From: Octopus vulgaris
Lineage: Eukaryota
Direction of reading: 5' to 3'
Length of the DNA stretch: 64,000 bases
Assembly (NCBI GenBank): GCA_951406725.2
Contig: OX597824.1
Location: forward strand, 88,164,001-88,228,000
A program made the translations under genes and the position numbers. Each line of letters begins with the position of its first letter. The first letter of the stretch is position 1. Below are positions 1-18,385 of this stretch, in pieces. Under the pieces are notes generated by a model, which was given only the letters and a program-made list of their open reading frames with translations, ran no database searches and was not told the DNA's origin.

Positions 1-346
1 GTGCTCTTTGCACCCTGCTAGCACGGATGCCAGTCATCGAGAAACCAAGTGGCTAAGGCTCAGCATGGCAAACTAACCACATTATGATCACTATGGACTC
101 AGAACATAAAAAGTTAATTTCTTGGCTGAGATGATCAACTCCATCTTAGATTTGTTTGATATGTATCATTACTGGATGCATGCTTATAACATTGTTAAAA
201 GCAGAACCAGAACAACTTGACCAAGGGGCTAGCTAATATATTCATCTTTGTCTTTTACAGGCTAAACAACATCAACAACAATATTTGTAGCCTTTTACCA
301 ATATTGTTGTTGTTGTTATTAGTATTATTATTATAATCATTATTTA

Positions 347-1615
347 AGATATCACACTATATCCAATATCATGAGGTTGTTGATTGAAGCTATTGTGTCT
401 ACAAGGGGCTTATACTGTTTGTCAAGTCACAAAAGGGCCTCAGGCAGACAGTACTTTATGCAATATACATGCAGTTCCAAGTAATGCCAATTTTTGCAAT
501 ATACCTAGATTGTAGGTACTTCTAAAGTTTCCAGATGTTTCTTCAAGTTGGGTGGTATTGAACCCAATGCTCCAATGACAATAGGGACAACCTTTATCTT
601 TGACTCTCATAGCTGCCACATCTTGGCGATCTCAATTCTCAGGTCACCATATTTATCAACTTTTTCCTCTTTCTTTCATGATAATATGTTGATCTCCTGG
701 CACTGCTCCCTCGATTATTAGGCTCTCTTGTTTGTCCCTCCTAAAGATTACTATATCTGGCCTTTGGTGCTCTAACACCTTGTCTGTCTGGAAATCAAAG
801 TCTCAGAGGATTTTTGCCTTCCCCTTTTTGTCCATTACCTTTTCCAGTGTATGTTGGTACCAGGCACCAGTTACCTCATATCCAGACTTCTGGCATAGTA
901 GCCAGTGAAGGTTTTGGACTACCTTGTCAGGTCTGCACTTGTAGTCTTTCTGTGCAAGACTTCCACAAGCACTAACAATATGAGTCACACTTTCAACTCT
1001 CTTCCCACACATTCTGCAGAGGTTCGTTGCACTTGTGTGTTACATATCCCTTTTCATTGAGTTAGTATTCAATGCCTGATCCTAGGCAGCGATGATTAGG
1101 CTTTCAGCCTTCTTTTTAAGTCATCATTACTGAGCCACCTCCATGATGCTACCTGGTCTTCTAAGTTGCTAGCTTCATGGTGGAACCGACCATGTAATTC
1201 CATGTGAAATAGAGTTTCATTTCCCTTATTTGTTATTCATGATCAGAATTCATTAGCACTCTCAAGGTCATTTTTAGTAAATCTTTCTACATTAGCAGCA
1301 TACTGTAACAGGTCTTGTTTGCTGTTTACCAAATATTCTGCCATGTTTCTTCTTTCACTGTTTTTGCACTCCTGTATACTAATCAACACACATCCAACTT
1401 TACACCTCTTCATGTAGAGCCTGTGTACATTCACTTTAGGGTGGAGGGCACTATGCGTTTTCATTGTCTTTCGAGTAGTGCGATTGAGTTGGTTAGTCTT
1501 CACTCATGTCCATTTCAGGATGGGTGCACTATAATAGACTACGCAACAGCCTCCCCGTACATAACTTTGTGTCCCCCTACATGGCCTTGCTTTTTGCTTT
1601 TTGAGCCAAAAAATT
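347..1615 (-). mobile_element. Decayed 3' fragment of a restriction-like-endonuclease non-LTR retrotransposon (R4/Dong-like)
   Basis: Translations give a CCHC knuckle (CxxCGKRVESVTHIVSAC), then KAKIL.DFDFQTDKVLEHQRPDI, KVDKYGDLRIEIAKMW and KVVPIVIGALG, the RLE C-terminus of R4/Dong elements. Stops and frameshifts present; flanked by (TTA)n. Confidence 0.8.
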
Positions 1616-1633
1616 AACTTAACTTAACTTAAC

Positions 1634-1679
<46 letters not shown>

Positions 1680-1696
1680 CATCATCATCATCATCA

Positions 1697-1751
<55 letters not shown>

Positions 1752-2225
1752 CATCATCATTATCATCATCATCATCATTTACGGTTTTCTTTCATTATAA
1801 CACTATTTCAGCTGCCTTAATACTGGGCATCCCCCGGAGGCCAAGAGTAGCAAGGGCCCTTTTGTTTTGCTATGCATGCTAAAATTATCATCACATTTAT
1901 TCCATTTTAGATGGAGAGTGCTTCCCATAGTATATGGGCTGAACCCATCAAGGTTATCTTTCGTAGTTCATGGAGATTGGAGTTAACAGGGAGTTGCTTA
2001 ATATACTTCTCAGCTCCCTTCTTTATCATTCCCAACGTACCAATTACTACTGGTATTATTGTAGTACTAAACTTCCACATTTTTGTGATTTCAATTGCCT
2101 TTCATCCTTTCGGGGTCGATAAATAAAATACCAGTTTCACACTGGGGTCGATATAATCGACTTAATCCCTTTGTCTGTTCTTGTTTGTCCCCTCTGTGTT
2201 TAGGCCCTTGTGGGTAGTAAAGAAA

Positions 2226-2283
<58 letters not shown>

Positions 2284-2300
2284 TTTATTATTTTTATTAT

Positions 2301-2937
2301 AGACGTCACACAGTGTATAAAATCGTGAGGTTGTTGACTGTAGATATTGAGTTTGTACTGTTTGTCAAGTCACAACAAGGACCTCAGACAGACAGTACTT
2401 TACGCAATACGCGTGCAGTTCCAAGTAATGCTGACTTTTGCAGACATCTAGATTGTAGGGTATTTCTAAAGTTTTCAGATGTTTTTTTGTCAGATTGGGT
2501 GGTATTGAATGTAATGCTCCAATGGCAACAGGGACAACCTTTATGCTTGACTCTCATAGCTGCCACATCTTGGCGATCTCAATTCTCAGGTCTCCATATT
2601 TACTAACCTTTTCTCTTTCTTTCATGATGATATGTTGATCTCCTGGCACTACCTTTTTGGTTGTTAGGCACTCTTGTTTCTCCCTCCTAAAGGTTACTAT
2701 AAGGTTGTCCCAAAAGTTCGTAGAAAGTCTTGGAAAATAATGGTCTTTATTTTGAGGAATAATTTTTTTTGTTTTTGTTAGTACTTGGTGAGTAAAAATT
2801 CAATTTTCGCAAGTGTTTACGAACTTTTGGGACAACCTAATATAACTAGCCTTCAGTGCTCTAACACCTTGTCTGTCTGGAAATCAAAGTCCCAAAGGAT
2901 TTTTGCCTTCCCTTTTTTCTCCATTACCTTTTCCAGT

Positions 2938-2940
<3 letters not shown>
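2301..2940 (-). mobile_element. Second, shorter R4/Dong-like 3' fragment
   Basis: Aligns by eye to 350-850 (KAKILWDFDFQTDKVLEH ... CLQKSALLGTARVLRKVLSV); (TTA)n on both sides. Confidence 0.8.
2700..2840. mobile_element. Tc1/mariner-type MITE inserted in the LINE fragment
   Basis: TIRs aggttgtcccaaaagttcgta / tacgaacttttgggacaacct with TA duplication (2698-2699, 2841-2842); absent from the paralogous LINE copy near 750. Confidence 0.85.
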
Positions 2941-3005
<65 letters not shown>

Positions 3006-3529
3006 GAGTGAGAGAGCAGTGCATGCCATCAAAGTGACACTGGGGTAAAATATACGAAGCCCAGTATACTCATCATGATTACCCATCTGTATGTGCGCGA
3101 CATGATGATCTCATATCAAGATAAACAGCACATAACCTCGCAGGTGGGGCCCAGTTAGAAATTTCTTCTGGTCGAGTAGCCCATCCCACTCAAAAGGTCC
3201 CTGAATAAGGATTGTTTAAGGATGTTGAACAAACCACCCATGTTTCCAAAGGTGAATTATCCAAACCTCTAAGAATTCCTTTCAACACACAGCTATGATG
3301 CTCCCCCACTACTTCTGCTCGTGATCAGAGATACACATATCGTCAGCCACTAAGGGACATGGTCAACTGGTTAAGGTCAAACAACTGACAAGCAAATCTG
3401 TGGTATTGAGCAGAATATTTGCTGTAGCCCATCTTTTATACCAAAACAAAACAATGTACATGATAACACTTCCAATCAGTTAAGATCAGAAGCCATGAGA
3501 ACCACTGTCTGGTACTGCATCAGGGCATC

Positions 3530-3575
<46 letters not shown>

Positions 3576-3908
3576 CATATGTTTGACTTTTGCTTTACAT
3601 TTGCACAAGTTGGCTCCAAGTCTCACCCAGAGACCTCAAGAGACAACAAGTTGGAAGTTCGTGTTGGTGTTATGCCTAGGGTACCATATATTTGGTTTTG
3701 TACTTAGTGTTGTACTAGTGAATGCCTAAAAAAAACATATGAAAATTATGTTTGTTTTAAAACTTGAGATTACAAAGAAAGTATTTTGTGTAGGATATGA
3801 GCAGTTCTCATGGGCATTATCTTTTGAATTTCTGCCATTTTGGGGTTTCCTGGTATCTGAGTTAGGTAGCAATCAGCCCCTTTTGCTATACTATTATTAT
3901 TATTATTA

Positions 3909-3942
<34 letters not shown>

Positions 3943-4361
3943 CATCATCATCATTACTTCAAAGGTAGCAAGCTGGCAGAATTGTTCACACGTCAAACAA
4001 ATTGCTCCATGGCATTTGTTCCAGCTTTATGTTCCTATGTTCCTAGTTACAAATTCCTCCTAGGTTGACTTTGCCTTTTGCCCTTTTGGGGACAGGGGTC
4101 AATAAAATAAGAACCTTTGTAACACCAGAGTTCACGTAATTGACTATTCCCCACACCCAAGAGTTAAGACCTTGTGCCTATATTAGAAGGGTTTGTTGTT
4201 ATCAGTGGTGCTGGTTTTGTTGTTGCTGTTGTTATTAAGGTAGCAAGCAAATATTTTAGCAAAATGTAAGACGAAGGAATTAAATGCTATTAAATCTGAT
4301 GAATTAGCTTTTAAAGGTGGTATGCATCGTTAATATATGCACGTGTGTACAAACATGCACG

Positions 4362-8612
<4,251 letters not shown>

Positions 8613-9259
8613 TGTATAAGAAATCTTTCAAACTGCTTGAGACCTCCTGTCAAACCTACCAAATTATAATCATATAATGATCTTTAACTTAGGCTCAATG
8701 TCACACCGTCTTGTGGGAGGGGAAAGGGTATTTAGTCGATATATACAGTCGAAACCGATGTTAGACTGGTGCTTATTTTGCTTTTTTTCTCGAAACAAAA
8801 AGCAAAAAAAAAAAAAAAAAAAAAATGCAAATGGAAAAAAAAAAAAGGTAGAGTTTACCTCCACAAGAATTGAACTCATAAAAGAAACAGAGCTGTTTGT
8901 TATAACAGCACATCCACACAAAAAGACATTTGATAACATTGGCATACCTTTTGAATCACTCACTGCCCTTCCAACCATGAAAAATTACTGAAAGGCAACT
9001 ATATATAATTGATTTTATGTGGTTGCATTCATTATTTATTCATCGATGTTTTACAATTTAACATTCCCATTTTCATATTTGCTAAAATAGTAATTTATCT
9101 TTTCATTCATTTTATACTTACAAATTTATTCCTGCAATAACACACAGCTTATTGGAGTCATATCATAATTAATACATTGTTTTAGAGTGTGTGTGCAGGT
9201 ATGTGTAGGTGTATATGTATGTATCTATGTATGTGTGTGTATATATACATATATATATA

Positions 9260-9578
9260 TATATTAGAAGAAATGAGGTACTCAGAAGATCGGATGGTTT
9301 GTATTTACAGATATTTATTTATATATTACATTTTTTATATATATATCATATCACTTAGATCATTAGCGCTTTCTCCCATTCTAGTGGGGTTTTCAAATCA
9401 AACTTTTGATTTGAGTTCGATTTGAAAACCCCACTAGATTTGAAAACCCCACTAGAATGGGAGAAAGCGCTAATGATCTAAGTGATATGATATATATATA
9501 AAAAATGTAATATACAAATAAATATCTGTAAATACAAACCATCCGATCTTCTGAATACCTCATTTCTTCTAATATATA
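9260..9578. repeat. Fold-back inverted duplication, about 140-bp arms
   Basis: tattagaagaaatgagg...ctagtggggttttcaaatc is mirrored by gatttgaaaaccccactag...cctcatttcttctaata, with a short local duplication at the pivot. Confidence 0.9.
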
Positions 9579-10262
9579 ATACCTGTACATCATCTCCAAA
9601 CCTTCCAATATATACATATATATATGTATATATATGTTTTATGTGTCTGTGTCTATGTATATATGTATGTGTGTGTGAGTTATACATTATAATATATTAT
9701 ATATTATATATTATATATTATATATATATATATATATATGTATCTTTGTATGTATGGATGTATGTATGTATATGGATGTATATAGCACTGCAGTACAGGC
9801 AGCATTATAAATCTTTTTAATTTAAGAAATAATAAGCTACTTCGTTATACACAGTTTTCTGAATCAATGAAATGTATTCTTAATCCACCCCCCCGAAAAA
9901 AAGTGATGCAGCGAGAGATAACGACGGCGATGAAAGAGACGATGATAATGTTGGGGGAGGAGGAAAAATATCAAAATGATAATGATGATGATGAGGATGA
10001 TGAGGATGATGAGGATGATGAGGATGATGAGGATGATGAGGATGATGAGGATGATGATAACAGTAACGTTAAAAATCGTAATAAACGTCGAAGTGAAAAT
10101 ATAATAATAAAAAAAGACACACAGAAAGGAAGAAGGGAAGAGAGAAAAGGAAGAAAGAAAAGAAGGAAGGAAGGAAGGAAAAAAAGGAAAGAGGAAAGCC
10201 TATGTAGAAACGAAAGATGTAAGAGAAAATAAGAAGAAGAAGAAGAAAAAACAGCCACTTAC

Positions 10263-10519
10263 CTCGCTATTTATCAACAGCTTTCTTTGGTATATTCCAT
10301 TGTATAAAAGGAAATTAAAACATGGAATTTATGCTCTTTAAAAAAAGAGAAAACAAGAAGGAAAACAAACAAATCTATCTTCCCATCCTCTATAATGCAA
10401 TTTCACTTTGACTTGAAGTAACAGAAGCAGCAGCAGCAGCAGCAGCAGCAATAGTAGCAGTAGCAGTAGTAGTAGTAGTGGTGGTGGTGGTGGTGGTGGT
10501 GGTGGTGGTGGTGGTGGTG

Positions 10520-10559
<40 letters not shown>

Positions 10560-10582
10560 CAGCAGCAGTAGTAGTGATGGTG

Positions 10583-10625
<43 letters not shown>

Positions 10626-10660
10626 CAGCAGCAGCAGTAGTAGTGATGGTGGTGGTGGTT

Positions 10661-10704
<44 letters not shown>

Positions 10705-11012
10705 GGTGGTGGTAGTAGTAGTAGTAGTGGTGGTGGTGGTGGTGGTGGTGGTGGTGGTGGTGGTGGTGGTGGTGGTGGTAGTAGTAGTAGTAGTAGTGGT
10801 GGTGGTGGTGATGGTGGTGGTGGTTGTAGTAGTAGTAGTAGTAGTAGTAGTGGGTGGTGGTGGTGGTGGTAGTAGTAGTAGTAGTAGTGGTGGTGGTGGT
10901 GGTGGTGGTGGTGGCGGTGGCAGTAGTAGTAGTAGTAGTAATAGTAGTAGTAGCAGCAGCAGCAGTAGTAGTGATGGTGGTGGTGGTGGTGGTGGTGGTA
11001 GTAGTTGTAGTA

Positions 11013-11065
<53 letters not shown>

Positions 11066-11181
11066 CAAAGCAGCAGCAGCACCTATTGCTCCTGATGAGG
11101 AAAAATTAAACAAATTAAAGCATCCAAGCTACATGGTTGCTTTCAAGTAAAGGTTGGTCGCCTCCGTGTTCCTTCGTGTGC

Positions 11182-11217
<36 letters not shown>

Positions 11218-11700
11218 GTGTGTGTGTGTGTGTGCGTGTGTCTGTGTGTGTGTGTGTACGGAACAGCAGAATTGGTTGGCCTCATCAGGTAGCACTCAAC
11301 ATAATCGCTGATTAAATTTTTACTGGTGCCCACCTGCTCCTGGCTACTTGCAGCTACCAGTTGTTGTTGTCGTTGTTGTTGCTGCTGCTGTTGTTGTTGT
11401 TGTTGTTGTTGTAGGTGTAGGTGGTACTTCACCTGCTGCTGCTGCTGATGCCGCTACCACTGTTGCTGCTTGTTTTTGCTGCTGCTGCAGCCTCCGCCGC
11501 CGCCGCTTGCAGCCGCTGCTGCTGACGGTGTGGCGGATCGACTGCTGCTGTTTCCTCGTTTATCCGAGGTGTTTATGCGATTGCGAGAAAGTGCATCTGT
11601 GTGCAGCACGCCTGTGCGTGTACGTGCATGCTAGTATGTGTGTGTGTGTTTGTATGTGTGCATGTGCATATGTATTAGCTCGCGTGTGTAGTGCACTATC
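10263..11700 (-). other. Candidate non-coding first exon / 5' region of an unidentified gene transcribed leftwards
   Basis: Consensus donor GAG|GTAAGT (intron starts 10262), preceded by a CpG-enriched, CAG/GCG/CAA-triplet-rich stretch (11270-11620). No long ATG-led coding frame; left boundary firm, right boundary uncertain. Confidence 0.35.
10425..11082. repeat. Compound trinucleotide repeat (GCA)n/(GTA)n/(GTG)n
   Basis: Directly visible; source of the poly-V/T/H/Y ORFs. Confidence 0.95.
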
Positions 11701-12017
11701 CGACACCCGTGTAAGTATTAAGTATATGTTTGACAGCTTCCTCTGCTGCTGCTGTTGATGCTGCTGCTGCTGTTACTACTACTACTACTACTGCTGCTGC
11801 TGCTGTTTCTACCACTGCTGCAGTAGGGCTAGTTCGATAGTAGTAATGATGGAGATGAGGAGACAGATATTGACTGCTCATAGAATGGAGGATGAAGAAG
11901 GAAAGCTAACTTTGTTACAAAGAAGAGGAAAAGTGCAAAGAACACGTCTCCGAATATATATTTATACACACACACACAAACACACAAACACACATACATA
12001 CATACACACACATATAC

Positions 12018-12097
<80 letters not shown>

Positions 12098-12358
12098 GGA
12101 TGGATGGATGGATGGATGGATGGATGGATGGATGGGTAGATAGATGGGTGGATGGATGGATGGATAGATAGATAGATAGATGTGGAGATAGAGAGAAAAA
12201 CACACAGGGAGAGAGAGGAGAGAGAAAGTGAGAGACGGAGAGAAAGACAGAATGAATGAGAAAAAGAAATAGGGAGATAGATAGATAGATAGATAGATAA
12301 TGTGTATATATATGTATGCATATGTAGTATATATGTGTGTGTGTACGTGTTTGTGTGT

Positions 12359-12410
<52 letters not shown>

Positions 12411-12499
12411 CTATGGGAAAATGTGTTTGTAAGTTAAATAATTTTTGTGTTCAAAAAGATTTTTGCTCTTGTTGTTGCTGTTTAAATACATATATATAA

Positions 12500-12562
<63 letters not shown>

Positions 12563-12643
12563 CATACATACATACATACATATATGTATGTCTACATGTG
12601 TGTGCATGTGTGTGTGTGTGTGTGCGTGTGCATATATTTATAA

Positions 12644-12674
<31 letters not shown>

Positions 12675-12960
12675 TGTATGAGTGTATATATATTTATATA
12701 AAGTATGTTTTTGAAAAATTTAGTCTGATGAAATAATTTCTACCATTATGATGAATTTGGGGGAGCAATTATGTAGATCTGGCATAATTTGATAATCAAT
12801 CAATGAATTCATTTGTGTCTTGATTAATTTTCTCTTTCACTCTTAATCCTTGTCTCCAATAATTTTATTCCACATATTCTGAGATTTGCTTTACTTTCTT
12901 TAATTTTGTCATTCTTTCCATTATTTTATGGAAATCCTTTATTGTTCCTTAGCCATCTTT

Positions 12961-13000
12961 CATTATTATTATAATTACCATTATTACTATTATCATCATC

Positions 13001-13032
<32 letters not shown>

Positions 13033-13058
13033 AATTGTTATTTTTATTATTATTATTA

Positions 13059-13110
<52 letters not shown>

Positions 13111-13112
13111 CG

Positions 13113-13170
<58 letters not shown>

Positions 13171-13171
13171 C

Positions 13172-13230
<59 letters not shown>

Positions 13231-13286
13231 CCTCATTATTATTATTATTATTATTATTATAATTGTTATTTTTATTATTATTATTA

Positions 13287-13320
<34 letters not shown>

Positions 13321-13343
13321 CATTATCCTCATTATCATTATTA

Positions 13344-13386
<43 letters not shown>

Positions 13387-13467
13387 TTATTGTTATTATT
13401 ATTACTATTATCATCATCATCATCATCATCATTATTATTATCATCATTATTATTATCATTATTATCA

Positions 13468-13518
<51 letters not shown>

Positions 13519-13843
13519 GAGCTATGCGTCGGAGAAAGGAAATCAGAGAGGGCCACTTGCCCATGGTGTTCAGGGAGGTCTTGGACAGTGAGATTCCTCA
13601 GTTATCCCTAGAGGTCATCCGGTATCAGGAGGGCTACATCGCTATCATTTCCCTTCTTTTTCATTGCATGCCATGTATACTTACTCTTTATCTATTTATT
13701 TATTTACTTATTTATTTTATCATTTCATATGTAAGACCTTACACTTTATATCTGCTTTATATTGTCCTCCTCATCCTTGGCCTGGTGGCAAATAAATGAA
13801 ACCATTATTATTATTATTATCATTATTATCATTATTATTATTA

Positions 13844-13910
<67 letters not shown>

Positions 13911-13958
13911 CCTCATTACTATTCTTCTTCTTATTATTATTATTATTATTATTATTAA

Positions 13959-14012
<54 letters not shown>

Positions 14013-14013
14013 C

Positions 14014-14064
<51 letters not shown>

Positions 14065-14065
14065 T
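12961..14065. repeat. (TTA)n/(TCA)n arrays surrounding a 280-bp retroelement-like 3' end (13517-13803)
   Basis: Visible repeats; the insert ends in AATAAA followed by an (ATT)n tail. Confidence 0.85.
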
Positions 14066-15803
14066 TAATTATTGCATTAGTCAAAATTTTCCTTTCCTCC
14101 TCAAATATTAGCTTTAAGTTTTTTCTGTTATTATTATTTTTTTTGTCTTTTTTTGTTGTGGCTTTTCTTTTCCTACTTGCTGTGTTTTTTTTCTTTTCCT
14201 TCTTTTTTCTTTCTGTTTATTTCTTTTTTCTTCCCATTTTTTTCTCTTTTTTTTCTCCCTTTTTTCTTTTTTTCTTTTTTTTCTCTCCCTTTTTCGTTTT
14301 TCTTTTTCAACAATGCTTCAGAACGTTGCCCTCCTTTTATTCCTTTCTTAGAATAATATTTCATTCTCCTTATTAGAAAAAAAAAACCTTTATGAAATAG
14401 GTCAGCACTACATTCAATCAATACCAGCCATCATTGTCGTCATCATTATTAACAACATCACCACCTGCAGCAGCAGCAGGAGCAGCAGCAGCAGCGGTGG
14501 CAGTAGCTGCAGTAGTAGTAGTAATAGCAACCATAGCAAGCAACATAAGCAGAAGGAGATAACAGCAATGGTGAGACGAATATGACGTGAAATCAACAAA
14601 TTGAAAATACCATTTTTCAAAAAAAAAACGCTTCTTTATTAAACTAGAAACAATAAAAATTGGAAATATTTGTCTATGCACTTGTAAGTTCAATATTAGC
14701 TATTGTTATTTTTGGTGATCAATATAATGCTTTTCCAATCAATTGATTACATGAGTGATTGGAAATGAATCGCTGTTGTCACATGTTTCATAATACAGAA
14801 ATGTCAAATGTACCTCAGGTCTGCTTATAGTGTGTTATTGAGTAATTTTGAATGTTTAGGATTTGGTGAAGTTTTTTTTCTTTTTTTTTTTTTTTTTTTT
14901 TACAGCTCGTTTGTGCAAATGAGGAAAAACAGCTTCCTTCTATTTTTTTGGGTTTTTTTTTTTTGTTTTTTTAGTTTTATCTTGTTGTAGACTCCACTTA
15001 GAAAATTTAGCAGCTAATGACATGAAAATGTATGAATGTTTATGAAGATTTATTAACGTACCTAAGACCAATAAGCAAGTAGAAACTCCTACACTTATAC
15101 CGATAACAATCAAGCGATACCTCTTTCTAGTAATTCCCAAAAATGAAAACAATTGCCCAGAAAAATCTATCTATTCACATATATCAGCTGTTTTTACAGA
15201 ATTATTTTACATATAAAAAATTCTTATTGAATTCCATTATTTACTGTATGAGATTCAATAAAGATCAATTAGAGTATACCCTATTAATATTCCTTTCTTT
15301 TGACAAAGCACGTACAAAATACCATTTATTTCATTTTTTTGTTATTATTTTTTTTTTTTTGAGAGAGAGAAATTGGGAATTTGCATTGTTCATGCCCTTT
15401 CCAAAGGCATTTGAAACTTAAAATAAACTGTCTTCACCTAAAAAATAAACTGTCTTCACAGATTTGATTCAATGAAGACAAACTTTTTTGTTGCATGACT
15501 GACACAGGTCAATATATATTTAATATATTAACCAGTTTGTTTGAAAACAAATGCACTAAATTTTTACATCGTTACATAATATCAAGCATTATATATTTTT
15601 TAAAATATGCCAGTAATTATGAAGTGTTAATAGTGCAAGTTCCGGTTTTATTTTGTTTATTTTTTGTGCATTGAATATCTTCATAAATTAATTTCCTTTA
15701 TAACTTTCCTTTCATAACATTGACACGCTCGCTTCCTTCTTCCCACATCTATCTATCTATCTATCTACCTATCTGTCTATCTATCTATCTATCTATCCGT
15801 CTG

Positions 15804-15851
<48 letters not shown>

Positions 15852-15880
15852 ACTATCTATCTATCTATCTACCTACCTAC

Positions 15881-15917
<37 letters not shown>

Positions 15918-16317
15918 AATCTATCTATCTATCTCTTCTTTCGTACATATGCACACACACACATGCACACACACAATATGAATACATGCATCTGCATACA
16001 TAAACATATGCATTATCCTCCCACGCATTATACAAAGCATCAGCCATCATGAAAAGAATCTCATTTTTTTCTTTTTTTATAATTATGACTGCAGGCTTTA
16101 CAGATTAATATCCCTTGCTAACACTGCATATCATAAACATCTCAAAATCCCTATAATTTATAACATTCAAATCCTTACACTTTAATACACACTAATCTTT
16201 CTCTGAACCCGAGAATTATACATCAGGATACGTTTAAAGTTAAACCCTATATATTATTTTTTCATACATATACTAAATTAAAAGTGGGAATGGGACAAAC
16301 TCATTAGTGTGCATAAC

Positions 16318-16399
<82 letters not shown>

Positions 16400-16416
16400 C
16401 ATATATATATATACAT

Positions 16417-16447
<31 letters not shown>

Positions 16448-16448
<1 letters not shown>

Positions 16449-16833
16449 TCTTTTACTCTTTTACTTGTTTCAGTCATTTGACTGCGACCATGCTGGAGCA
16501 CCACCTTTAGTCGAGCAAATCGACCCCAGGACTTATTCTTTGTAAGCCCAGTACTTATTCTATCGGTCTCTTTTGCCGAACTGCTAAATGACGGGGACGT
16601 AAACACACCAGCATCGGTTGTCAAGCAATGCTAGGGGGACAAACACAGACACACAAACACATATATATATATATATATACATATATACGACAGGCTTCTC
16701 TCAGTTTCCGTCTACCAAATCCACTCACAAGGCATTGGTCGGCCCGGGGCTATAGCAGAAGGCACTTGCCCAAGATGCCATGCAGTGGGACTGAACCCGC
16801 AACCATGTGGTTGGTTAGCAAGCTACTTACCAC
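16448..16833 (-). mobile_element. SINE family A (tRNA-like head, internal microsatellite, tail ...gactgaaacaagtaaaagag)
   Basis: Near-identical to copies at 36606-36870, 41718-42096, 42290-42470, 55380-55785, 57135-57375, 61028-61483, 61887-62277 and 62790-63350. Confidence 0.85.
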
Positions 16834-16912
16834 ATATATATGTATATAAGAATTTTTTGCGTAATAAGATAAAAAACCAAAGCTGCATAGATATTAGAGC
16901 TTTTATAGATAG

Positions 16913-16963
16913 GTCTTACAGCTGTTTCTAGATATTAATTAATAATATCCCTTCATCAAAGAC
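16913..16963 (-). ncRNA. Degenerate type I hammerhead ribozyme motif
   Basis: GUCU-UUGAUGA-[gauauu/aauauc stem II]-GAAA-C-AGCU-GUA-AGAC. C3 is U and the stem II closing pair is broken; stem III is the palindrome ACAGCUGU. Confidence 0.6.
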
Positions 16964-17000
16964 ATACATACATACATACATAGATACATACATACATAGA

Positions 17001-17031
<31 letters not shown>

Positions 17032-17034
17032 GTA

Positions 17035-17342
17035 ACACGTGATCACATGACCGACCAGTCTATCAGATGTTTCTACACATTGCGGGTCACAATGCACTTC
17101 ACACTGTTTTAGCCTTCAAATGACGCCACCCCACTAGCTAAGCGAGCAGGCCAACAGAAGAAAGAGTGAAAGAAAGTTGTGGCGAAAGAGTACAACAGGG
17201 ATCACCACCATCCCCTGCCGAAGCCTCGTGGAACTTTAGGTGTTTTTGCTCAATAAACACTCACAACGCCCGGTCTGGGAATCGAAACCGTGATCCTACA
17301 ACCGCGAGTCCGCTGCCCTAACCACTGGGCCATTGTGCCTCC
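17035..17342 (-). mobile_element. SINE family D (tRNA-Arg-like head), tail type 3
   Basis: Head tggcccagtggttagggcagcggactcgcg...ggtttcgattccc contains A and B boxes; tail shared with 4935-5050. Confidence 0.8.
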
Positions 17343-17364
17343 ACACACACACATATATATATAC

Positions 17365-17475
<111 letters not shown>

Positions 17476-17549
17476 TATATATATAGGTATATCTTTTCTA
17501 CTTTGGGCACAAGGCCCGAAATTTTGGGGAAAGGGGCCAGTTGACCCTG

Positions 17550-18265
17550 AAATTTATCAACCCCGAAAGGATGAAAGGCAAAGTCAACCTCGGTGGAATT
17601 TGAGCTCAGAACATAAAGACAGATGAAATACCTATTTCTTTACTACCCACAAGGGGCTAAACACAGAGAGGACAAACGGATTAAGTCGATTATATCGACC
17701 CCCAGTGCGTAACTGGTACTTAATTTATCAATCCTGAAAGGATGAAAGGCAAAGTCGACCTCGGCGGAATTTGAACTCAGAACATAACGGCAGACAAAAT
17801 ACCGCTAGGCATTTCGCCCAGCGTGCTAATGTTTCTGCCAGCTCGCCGTACCCTTAACATAGTTCTCAGGGAGATTTAGTATGACATAGAATGTAACAAG
17901 GCTGGCCCTTTGAAATGCAGGTACAACTCATTTTTACCAGCTGAGTCGACTGCACAATGTGAAATAAAGTGTCTTGCTCAAGGACAAGCACATCACCAGG
18001 AATCAAAATCACAACTTTATAATCAAGAACCAAATACCTATTTCTTTATTACCCACAAGGGGTTAAACATAAAGGGGACAAACATGGACAGACATAGGTA
18101 TTAAGTCGATTACATCGACCCCAGTGCGTAACTGGTACTTAATTTATCGACCCCGAAAGGATGAAAGGCAAAGTTGACCTCGGTGGAATTTGAACTCACA
18201 ACGTAACAGCAGCCGAAATACCGCTAAGCATTTCGCCCGACGTGCTAACGTGTCTGCCAGCTCGC
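17550..18265 (-). mobile_element. Cluster of SINE family B copies (core ...gactttgcctttcatcctttcggggtcgataaattaagtaccag...)
   Basis: Matches copies at 2095-2227, 29695-30240, 37158-37370, 39990-40465, 47013-47162, 53430-53670 and 60051-60466. Confidence 0.85.
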
Positions 18266-18385
18266 TCTGACCACTAAGCTATGTGACTTCACACTTGGAT
18301 ATTAAACTTAATCCATCACCCAGTTTACCATCACTACTTGGCACCATGGATACCTTTAGTAGAGTCCACTCTATCATATTTACCC

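Noticed and set aside
9867-10232. Acidic/basic 121-aa protein
   Set aside because: Built from (GAT/GAG)n and purine-rich low-complexity sequence; no supporting splice or homology evidence.
11115-11432. Polyglutamine protein exon
   Set aside because: No ATG start or clear splice boundaries, and the frame runs into a (CA)n tract; more consistent with UTR.
14940-15152. Small membrane protein ORF
   Set aside because: No ATG start, no recognisable homology, and a length expected by chance in AT-rich DNA.
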